DNA of 64,000 nucleotides from Vicinamibacterales bacterium (lineage in GTDB: Bacteria > Acidobacteriota > Vicinamibacteria > Vicinamibacterales > UBA8438): positions 192,190-256,189 of the forward strand of contig OZ252219.1 in assembly GCA_965249105.1 (NCBI GenBank). The letters run 5' to 3'. This document shows positions 46,082 to 53,500 of the stretch, one piece after another. The translations under genes and the position numbers were made by a program. The notes under the pieces were generated by a model. That model worked only from the letters and a program-made list of their open reading frames with translations. It searched no databases and was not told where the DNA came from. Numbering within the stretch: position 1 is the stretch's first letter; every line of letters begins with the position of its first letter.

Positions 46082-47164
46082 CTAGTGTGGTGCGTTTAAC
46101 GCTTCTTTACACCGGTCGACCTTCGCGAGGATGGTGTCGGCATCCTTGGTCCAGATAAACGGCTTCGCATGCTGATTGTAATGAGTCAAGTAGTCGTGGA
46201 TCGCTCGCTCGAGCGCCGGCACGCTGGTGAAGGTACCCCGGCGGAGCCGCGTGCGAGTGATCTCCGCGAACCAGCGTTCCACCAGATTCAGCCAGGAGCT
46301 GCTGGTGGGCACGAAGTGAAAGTGCACGCGGGGATGGCGCGTGAGCCAGCGCCGCACCTGGGGACTCTTGTGGGCACTCAGGTTGTCCAAAATCAGGTGC
46401 AGCGGCTGATCGGGAGGCGTCGCGCGTTCCAGCCGCCGGAGGAACTGCACGAATTCTTGACTCCGGTGACGGCGGCGGCATTCGCCGATCACGACGCCAT
46501 CGAGCACGCGCAGTGCGGCATACAGCGTGGTCGTCCCGTAGCGGACGTAGTCATGGGTCTGGCGTTCGGGGACGCCGGGCCGCAGTGGCAACACCGGGCG
46601 CGTCCGGTCCAGCGCTTGGATCCCACTCTTCTCATCGACGCAAAACACCACCGCTTTGGCGGGTGGATTCAGATACAGCCCCACCACGTCGCGCAGCTTC
46701 TCGACGAAGTGGGGGTCGGTCGACAGCTTGAACTGCCCCACGCGGTGGGGCTGGAGGCCGTGTTGTCGCCAGATCTTACGAATCGTGCCGTCGCTCACGC
46801 CCTGCGCTTCCGCCAGGGCGCGACTACTCCAATGGGTGCCGGCCGGCGGGCGCGTCGTCAGGGTCGCGTCAACGATCGCCTGCACCTTCGTCAGGGTCAA
46901 GCGTGGGCGTCGGCCCGGACGCGTGGCGTCGCGGAGCACGCCCGGAACCCCCTCGGCCACAAACCGGCGCGCCCACAACCGCACCGTCATCCGACTGACG
47001 TGCAGCGTCCGGGCCACGACCATCGGCGAGGCCTGTTGCGCCAGCATCAACACGATCCGCGCCCGCCGCGCCACCTTCTGCGTCGTCGTCCCGCGCTCAG
47101 CCACCTGGGCCAACTGGGCTTGCTCGGTCGGCGATGCGTAGACACAGTACCGTTGAATGAACAT
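46082..47164 (-). CDS. IS630-family (Tc1/mariner-like) DDE transposase
   Basis: 360 aa. HTH N-terminus, then ..VFCVDEKSGIQALDR.., ..LHLILDNLSAHKS.., ..SSWLNLVERWFAEITR... Confidence 0.9.
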   Translation of the reverse strand: MFIQRYCVYASPTEQAQLAQVAERGTTTQKVARRARIVLMLAQQASPMVVARTLHVSRMTVRLWARRFVAEGVPGVLRDATRPGRRPRLTLTKVQAIVDATLTTRPPAGTHWSSRALAEAQGVSDGTIRKIWRQHGLQPHRVGQFKLSTDPHFVEKLRDVVGLYLNPPAKAVVFCVDEKSGIQALDRTRPVLPLRPGVPERQTHDYVRYGTTTLYAALRVLDGVVIGECRRRHRSQEFVQFLRRLERATPPDQPLHLILDNLSAHKSPQVRRWLTRHPRVHFHFVPTSSSWLNLVERWFAEITRTRLRRGTFTSVPALERAIHDYLTHYNQHAKPFIWTKDADTILAKVDRCKEALNAPH

Positions 47165-47235
47165 GCGCTACCGTACCAAACGGGCAGCGCAAAGTACAGC
47201 GTTTCGTGTACAGCTATTTCGTACTCAGGACACTA
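46083..47235 (-). mobile_element. IS630-family insertion sequence inserted at a CTAG (TA target)
   Basis: CTAG is present at both junctions (46082-46085 and 47233-47236). Both ends start TAGTGT... It encloses an intact 360-aa transposase. Confidence 0.8.
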
Positions 47236-49821
47236 GTACCCTTCGAGGACCGGGAATGCTTCGTCGGTCGGCAGAGGCTGCACGCCTAACGCGTTGAGCG
47301 TCATCGAGACCATTCGGTACCGCGCGACGGTCATTGCGATGCTCATCAGCTGGTGTGTGTCGTAGTGCTCGGCGAGGTCGTTCCACGTTGAATCGGAGAT
47401 CGCAGCGTCGCGGTACATCTCGTTCGCCGCTTCGATCAGTGAGAGCTCCTTCGGGCTCCAGCCCGGCGCATCCCCGCCTTGCGCAATCCAAACCGGATCC
47501 AGGCCACGATCACGCGCGCGCCCGACGCTCCCGACATGCTTGGCCCACTCGTAGACCGACTGCGCGTTCCAACCGGTGCGGAGAATCAGCAACTCCCGGT
47601 CGTGCGGTGTGAGTCGCGACCGTTCCGGGCTGAGGACGTATCCCTCATTGGCTTGCCACTGATCGGCGAGCGCCGCATGTTGGCGAAGCGTGCGCGAGAC
47701 CCGCAGCCCGTCGCCGTCGACCGGCTCGACCCGCGGCGTCGTGAGCGGTGGCTCGCGATCGGGTACCTCGAGCCGATAGGCGACCGACGTCGCAGGCAGC
47801 GGTAAGGAGGCAGCATCGTCGTCCGGCTGCACGCCAAGCGAGTTGAAGAGAATCGATTGCGCGGTGACATCAGCGACGGTCACGACCGCATCAACCAGGT
47901 TGTATCGGTCGTACTGCTCAGCCAGGCGCTGCCAGGTCCGGTCGGTCACCGACGAGTTGCGATACAGCTCGTCCGCCATGCCGATGAGCACGGCCTCGAA
48001 GTCACCCCATCCTTCCGCAGGTCCCTCCGCGACGCGCCGCACATCATCCTGGTCCAGACCCGCGTCGGCGGCATGACTCGCGTGGCTGGCCCACAGGCTA
48101 GCGCTTTGGGTCAACCAGGCTGTGCGTAGGATGAGCAGTGCCCGGTGGCGCGGTGACAGCGTCGACTCGTTGCTCACATAGTTGAGCAGCGGGAAGACCC
48201 GGTCTGCCATGCCAGGAGCGCGGATCAGGGTGTGCAGAGCGTTGTCCGGATTTCCACGGGCGCCGTACTGATCGACGACTTCCCGCTGTTCCGTGCTCCA
48301 TTCCGATTCCGGCAGTGGTGTTACCCGCGGCGGCGTCCAGCGCGGCATCGTAAGGATGTTGCCGGGCGGGTCGATGATCGCGAGCGCTGGCTCGATCCTG
48401 AAGAGGATCGAGTCGTCCTCCTCCGTCAACACGTACAGAAACCCGTCCGGGCCCTGGGTGACGTGCCGGATCCGCTGCTTGAGATCGGTGAGCAACCACT
48501 CCCGTCGGACTTCCTGCCCAAGGCGATTGAAGACCACCCGCTCGAGGTGTCCCGTCCGCTGCATTCGCCCGACCATCATCGAGCCCACGAACAGGCTTCC
48601 TTGCCACTTCGGGAAGTGCTTGCCGGTGTAGAAGGTCAGACCTGAGGGTCCGATCGACGGCCACCACATCAGTTCGGGGGCAGTGAACTCCGGCCGCCAC
48701 GGTGTGTCGGAGATCGGGGTGCCGCCGTATTCGCGGCTGTACGATGTGATCGGCCACCCGTAGTTGCCCCCCGGTTCGATAATGTTGGCTTCGTCTCCCC
48801 CCTGCACACCGTGCTCGGTCGCCCAGAGCTGGCCCGTGCCAGGGTGATGGGCGAGGCCGATCTGGTTGCGGTGGCCCATTGAGTAGATCTCCGGAAGGTA
48901 GCCCTCGCGGCCAGCGAACGGGTTGTCGGCGGCGGCGGTGCCGTCGTCCTTCAGGCGGAGCAGCTTGCCGAACTGCGTGCCGGGGTCCTGCGCATGCCCT
49001 CGGCGAACCCGGCGGCACCCGTCAGGAGGCGCTGCGACGCCATAGCCCCTTGGGGCACCGCCCACCGTCATGAACAGGGTGCCGTCTGGGGCCCAGAGGA
49101 GACGGGAGGCCGCAAAGCCCCTTTCCCAGCCATCAGCGACGAAGATGTCGCGCACTTCCGTCAACGCGGCGCCCTCGAGCCGACCGCGCGCGAGCGCGAC
49201 CGTCGAGCCTTCCTCGCCTTCGCATGTCTTCGGTTTCGAGTAGGTCAAGTAGACGAGGCTGTCATCCTCGGGGTGGACGACCACGTCCATCAAGCCCGCC
49301 ATCCGTGTCCGGAGGAACAGCTCGGGGACACCCGGGATGTCTTGGTCTAGGAGCTGGCCGTCACGGACGATCCGCAACGTGCCGCGATCGCGCTCGGTGA
49401 CCAGGATGTCGCCGTTCTTCCGAAACGCCATGCCCCACGGATGTGACAGGCCAACGGCGATCGGCACGACCCGAATCCGATACTCGGCGGTGTAGAGCAC
49501 GACCGGTTCGTGAGGTGGCGCGACCGCCGGGACAATGCTCGGTCCTTGCGCCAACGAGAGGCCGGCGCCTGCGAGCAGGATCGCAAACGCGAGCACGATG
49601 GTCCGAGCACCGTCGCCCAGCCTTCGGCAAAACAGCTTGTTGTCGTCCGGTGCCCACACAAGCATGCCCCCCCCATCTCGTGACACTCGCTCGCGATCCG
49701 CGTTGATGTTGGGCCGGTTCAGCTTCGTGTCGGTGGCCTGATAGACCTGCCCCATGCCGCCCTCTCCGATGAGGGCGGTCACGTCGTAGTGGGCGAGTCG
49801 TGAACCGACTGTCAGGGCCAT
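47233..49821 (-). CDS. Chimeric ORF: kinase stub, TM helix, PQQ-dependent sugar dehydrogenase (SGDH-type propeller), two AhpD/CMD-like domains
   Basis: 862 aa. MALTVGSRLAHYDVTALIGEGGMGQVYQATDTKLNRP, then ..TIVLAFAILLAGAGLSLAQG, ..GLSHPWGMAFRKNGDILVTERDRGTLRIV.., and ..LSPRHRALLILRTAWL.. and ..LTPHDRELLILRTGWNAQSVYEWAKHVG... The functional start may be internal (..GGMLVWAP..). Confidence 0.75.
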   Translation of the reverse strand: MALTVGSRLAHYDVTALIGEGGMGQVYQATDTKLNRPNINADRERVSRDGGGMLVWAPDDNKLFCRRLGDGARTIVLAFAILLAGAGLSLAQGPSIVPAVAPPHEPVVLYTAEYRIRVVPIAVGLSHPWGMAFRKNGDILVTERDRGTLRIVRDGQLLDQDIPGVPELFLRTRMAGLMDVVVHPEDDSLVYLTYSKPKTCEGEEGSTVALARGRLEGAALTEVRDIFVADGWERGFAASRLLWAPDGTLFMTVGGAPRGYGVAAPPDGCRRVRRGHAQDPGTQFGKLLRLKDDGTAAADNPFAGREGYLPEIYSMGHRNQIGLAHHPGTGQLWATEHGVQGGDEANIIEPGGNYGWPITSYSREYGGTPISDTPWRPEFTAPELMWWPSIGPSGLTFYTGKHFPKWQGSLFVGSMMVGRMQRTGHLERVVFNRLGQEVRREWLLTDLKQRIRHVTQGPDGFLYVLTEEDDSILFRIEPALAIIDPPGNILTMPRWTPPRVTPLPESEWSTEQREVVDQYGARGNPDNALHTLIRAPGMADRVFPLLNYVSNESTLSPRHRALLILRTAWLTQSASLWASHASHAADAGLDQDDVRRVAEGPAEGWGDFEAVLIGMADELYRNSSVTDRTWQRLAEQYDRYNLVDAVVTVADVTAQSILFNSLGVQPDDDAASLPLPATSVAYRLEVPDREPPLTTPRVEPVDGDGLRVSRTLRQHAALADQWQANEGYVLSPERSRLTPHDRELLILRTGWNAQSVYEWAKHVGSVGRARDRGLDPVWIAQGGDAPGWSPKELSLIEAANEMYRDAAISDSTWNDLAEHYDTHQLMSIAMTVARYRMVSMTLNALGVQPLPTDEAFPVLEGY

Positions 49822-50081
49822 AGGTGTCAGGCTGAGACCGGGACCATTGTAGTCACCCGGCCCACGCTGGCCTATCCGGTTGCACAGAAATACGGCTCAG
49901 ACGTACGTGTTGTCGAGCTGCGCCCGAACCCCTGGCACGCGACGAGGAGAGTCTAGTCCGCTTCTCAGTTGCAGATGAATGCCCTCCGAAGCCCCGACGG
50001 GCGGGGAACGCAACCCTGTGTGTCCCTCATCGCTCCCGGTTGGGCGAGAGCGGTGGATTCCGTAGCGCGAGAGGCGCTCTC

Positions 50082-50614
50082 ATGCGATTCGTGGTTCTCG
50101 TCGCAGCTGTCGTCGGGCTTGGCGTCTCGGAGGCGTCGGCACAAAACCCTTTTGCGGGAGTGACGAACGAGCCCCGTCCGTCCGAGTTCGTCCACTGGGA
50201 CGCGGAGTCGTTCGCCGGGTTCACGAAAGAGCTTGAAGGTAAGTTGCGTGAGGGACCGGGAACTTCGGCACACAGTTCGCCGTCCTGAACGCTCTCCCAA
50301 GGGCCGATCATCGGCGGCACGACGTGCAGATCATCTATCGGTCTGGCTACACGCAACCCGAGATCCACGAAACCAAGTGGGACCTCTACGTCGTACTGGA
50401 CGGGTCGGGCACCGTCCTGCTTGGCGGCGAGCGCGTGAACTGGGTGGAGGGGCTGCCACAGGATGAGCAGCGGCCGGAGCTGAGTGGCGCGCAAGAGTTC
50501 CACGTTACCAAGGGCGACATGCTCCACGTGCCCGCTCGCTCATGGCACTAAGTCAAAGTGGCGGATGGGGACTCGATCACCTACGCGCTGATCAACGTGT
50601 TCGAAGACGACTAG
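50082..50614 (+). pseudogene. Cupin-domain protein with a frameshift and an in-frame TAA
   Basis: ATG 50082 (MRFVVLVAAVVGLGVSEASAQ..) in frame 0 until about 50255. It continues in frame 2 (..GTGNFGTQFAVLNALPRADHRRHDVQIIYRSGYTQPEIHETKWDLYVVLDGSG..HVPARSWH), then TAA 50549-50551, then in frame VKVADGDSITYALINVFEDD-TAG. Confidence 0.65.
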
Positions 50615-50724
50615 CCAAGTATCAAACCCACTCGTGGCGTCCGATTCACCTCCCACATGCCGCCTTCGCCGATCTTGGCGGTGACGGTATACGGCCCGAG
50701 GGTGATGCCAGATGTGAGACTCAT
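50611..50724 (-). pseudogene. Ser/Thr kinase 5' stub
   Basis: MSLTSGITLGPYTVTAKIGEGGMWEVNRTPRVGLILG-stop. Its ATG overlaps the stop of the upstream small gene (ATGA). Confidence 0.7.
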
Positions 50725-50915
50725 GAGTTACGAGGGCCCGACGGCGGCAAACCGTCTCTCGGCTTCCCAGCCGACCGGCCCGCGCCCAGAGCAGCGCCCA
50801 CCGCAACTCCGACGGCGAGCCACAAGCCGAGGTTATCGAGCGCCACGCCGAGTGCTGTTCCAATGGCAATGCCGACAGCCAGCCATGTACCGACTGTAGT
50901 GGTGTTCGACTTCAT
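50721..50915 (-). CDS. Small glycine-zipper membrane protein
   Basis: 64 aa from ATG 50915: MKSNTTTVGTWLAVGIAIGTALGVALDNLGLWLAVGVAVGAALGAG... Confidence 0.5.
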   Translation of the reverse strand: MKSNTTTVGTWLAVGIAIGTALGVALDNLGLWLAVGVAVGAALGAGRSAGKPRDGLPPSGPRNS

Positions 50916-50984
50916 GGTTGTCCACACCGACCCGTTCGGCACCCACATCGAGCTGACCGAGGGGCTCGACGGCTGGTGACTCTG

Positions 50985-52442
50985 TCAGTGCGCCTCGATG
51001 AACGCGGCGATCTGTTTCATCGCGGCATCACCTTTGTCGCCCATCTTCGACATGATGCTGCCGTGCGTGCGGTCCGCGATCTCGACTGTGTCCACTTGCG
51101 ACCCGGCGTTCGAGAGCTCCGTCTTCAGCCGCTCGTTCTGCGCGCGGCGCCAGTCTTCGTCGCCGTCGGCGTAGATCAGCCGCATCGGTGGCTTGCCGGC
51201 GCCGATATACGGAGTCACCGACGCCTTCAACCAGGCCGTTTCATCGGTGCCCCAGACCGTCTTGGGACGATCCCTGGCCGTCTCCTCGACGTAGAGGAAC
51301 GGACTGACCGGTAGGGCCCCGCGAATCGCCGAAAGCGCCAGCCCGTGCGCCTTCAAGTAGGACGGGTCGAGTGACATCAGTGCGGCGAGGTAGGCGCCCG
51401 CCGAGTGCCCCCCGACGAAGACCCGCTCGGGGTCGCCGCCATACTCGGCGATGTGCCGCTTGGTCCAAGCGAAGGCTGCCGCCGCGTCCTCCATGTGCGC
51501 CGGATGCATGACCTCCGGCGACAGGCGGTAGTTGGCGGTAACGACGCCGATGCCCTCGCCCACGAGGGTCGCAGCCAGCACTTCGCCGGTGCGCTTGTTA
51601 CCGCTCTGCAACGCACCGCCGTGGAAGAAGACGATAACCGGGGCGTTCGTGGCGTCCGCTGGCATCAAGACGTCCAGCTTGTCCTTGTCGTGCGGGTAGT
51701 CGACACCGTCGAGGTAGTCGATATCCCGGTGGGCGGTCACCCCGGTCTGGCCGGCCGCAGTCGCCGCCGCGAGCGTGGGCGTCTTTTCGGCGATAACTCG
51801 GGCGAGATCGGCCATGAACGCCTGTGCGACACCGGAGTCAATCTTGACGACCACTGGCCAGAACTTCCTCGTCGAATCCTCCAAAACGACCGTCAATCGG
51901 TTATCGACTTCAGCGATTTCCCCTTGTTGGTCAAGACTCATGAATCGGGGCATGACCCTCCATACCGCCTCGCCATACAGTCCTTTTTGGCCGTTCTGGT
52001 CGAGAGAATAAGCCGCGGTGCCGATCAATGAATCCATGCCATCTGTTTCGTTCGCGGGTGGCTTCGCGTTGATCACGCGAGCGAGGTCGGCTTGAAGCGT
52101 CCGAGCGTCCGACAGAGGCATCTTGACGATGACGGGCCAAAAGCCATCCCGGGTCGCTGGATCCTGCAAGACAACGATCAGGCGGTCGTCACCACCTTGG
52201 GCACTCCCTCCGTTGTAGTTGGGATGAACCGCCCAATGGGTTTCCTCCGGCAGAACGACGAGCCCCGACGTAGATAGATCGTAGGGCCACACGGTAATGA
52301 GGGCCTCCATGTTCGTTTCTTCCACGCCCTGGGCCGCAACCTCCCCCAGTGTCCAGGTGGGCATGGTGAGGACCGTAAGAAGAACGAGCGCGAACATTCC
52401 GAAAGGGGGTACCCGAGCATTGTCATTGCCCTGCAAGATCAT
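50985..52442 (-). CDS. Alpha/beta hydrolase (esterase/lipase-type, HGG and GxSxG) with a duplicated N-terminal domain
   Basis: 485 aa. ..VIVFFHGGALQSGNK.., ..VFVGGHSAGAYLA.. (nucleophile elbow). The N-terminal ~85-aa module is present twice. Confidence 0.8.
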   Translation of the reverse strand: MILQGNDNARVPPFGMFALVLLTVLTMPTWTLGEVAAQGVEETNMEALITVWPYDLSTSGLVVLPEETHWAVHPNYNGGSAQGGDDRLIVVLQDPATRDGFWPVIVKMPLSDARTLQADLARVINAKPPANETDGMDSLIGTAAYSLDQNGQKGLYGEAVWRVMPRFMSLDQQGEIAEVDNRLTVVLEDSTRKFWPVVVKIDSGVAQAFMADLARVIAEKTPTLAAATAAGQTGVTAHRDIDYLDGVDYPHDKDKLDVLMPADATNAPVIVFFHGGALQSGNKRTGEVLAATLVGEGIGVVTANYRLSPEVMHPAHMEDAAAAFAWTKRHIAEYGGDPERVFVGGHSAGAYLAALMSLDPSYLKAHGLALSAIRGALPVSPFLYVEETARDRPKTVWGTDETAWLKASVTPYIGAGKPPMRLIYADGDEDWRRAQNERLKTELSNAGSQVDTVEIADRTHGSIMSKMGDKGDAAMKQIAAFIEAH

Positions 52443-52533
52443 GATCAGCCTCCTCTACAAAGGATCGACAACGGTTCCGTTTTCGGTCTGTACGCATTCC
52501 CTTGACGCGGCGGTATGTCGGGTGAAACCTTGT

Positions 52534-52707
52534 TTAGAATCGCTGCGTCAGGCCGGGATCTTGGGCGATATGCTCGGGAAGCACCTTGATGGCGACGATG
52601 CGGTCGAGGCGGGTGTCGCGGGCCTTGTAGACCTCGCCCATGCCCCCGGCGCCGAGCGGGGCGTCGATCTCGTAGGGTCCGAGTGTTGCGCCAGCTTTCA
52701 GAGGCAT
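52534..52707 (-). pseudogene. Ser/Thr kinase 5' stub (subdomains I-II only)
   Basis: [60 protein letters not shown]. It is the longest stub and still lacks everything from helix C onward. Confidence 0.75.
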
Positions 52708-52735
52708 CGATCAACGCCACCGGTGTGTCGATGGT

Positions 52736-53296
52736 CTACGGTGATGGTGTGACTGGGATCGCTACCGGGGCACAGCACGCGATTGCATACCTGAACCCAC
52801 AGCTTGCCTGGAGAAACCCAGACGCGTTCGCGACTATACCGCTCGCCTGGTTGTCGAGAAAGCCGCCGCAACTTAGGAACTTGTGCGCATCGGATGCGTT
52901 CCCTACCGAGGATCCCGCAATCCCCGTGGCGGTATCCTGGGAAAACCAGGCGCCACCCTCGGCCGCTGGATCATGGTGAAGCACCTGGCTTGTTGGAATC
53001 ACCCATCCCCGTTCGTCACGGCGCCCTTCCACCACTGATCGAACAATCTCTGACGTGACGCATGCCCGTGCATTCGGTGCGACTTCACTCGCGCAGAAGG
53101 CGTGCATCGCTGAATACCCTTGGAGCGCTCCGCCCTGGACCTGGATAGACCCATCTGTGATGGTCGTGGTCAGTCCGACCCATCGGCGTTCCGCTTCTGT
53201 CTCTGATTGCGTTGCACCTAGATCTTGCGCGAACGCCGCTTGACATCCGAACACGCACACGAATGTGCCAAGAACCGTTGCTGACACTGACTTCAT
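52736..53296 (-). CDS. Secreted Cys-rich hypothetical protein
   Basis: 186 aa. Signal peptide MKSVSATVLGTFVCVFGCQAAFAQ, 8+ Cys, ends ..SCGFRYAIACCAPVAIPVTPSP. It may be distantly related to 31270-31899. Confidence 0.55.
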   Translation of the reverse strand: MKSVSATVLGTFVCVFGCQAAFAQDLGATQSETEAERRWVGLTTTITDGSIQVQGGALQGYSAMHAFCASEVAPNARACVTSEIVRSVVEGRRDERGWVIPTSQVLHHDPAAEGGAWFSQDTATGIAGSSVGNASDAHKFLSCGGFLDNQASGIVANASGFLQASCGFRYAIACCAPVAIPVTPSP

Positions 53297-53500
53297 GATG
53301 CTCCTCTCGGCTGCTGCGCGGTGCCAAACGCGAGTGGCATGGCTAGATGCTGCATTCTACCGCCTTGGGACGAAACCGCGAATGTGCGATTGGCGGGGGT
53401 TTGGACCCTGAAACCCACTTCTAAGGGGCAACCCCCAGAAGGGCAATTTTGGCCTCAAATGGGCCAATGTTTACAGGGGTCTACAAGGGTTGCTTTGGGA

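Noticed and set aside
53380-53500. Lower-GC stretch with loosely repeated A(A/T)GGG(C/T) motifs just left of the IS6 element, considered as a second IS end or structured RNA
   Set aside because: It has no inverted-repeat partner, no stable fold that I could draw, and no similarity to the IS6 ends. The evidence is too weak to call.
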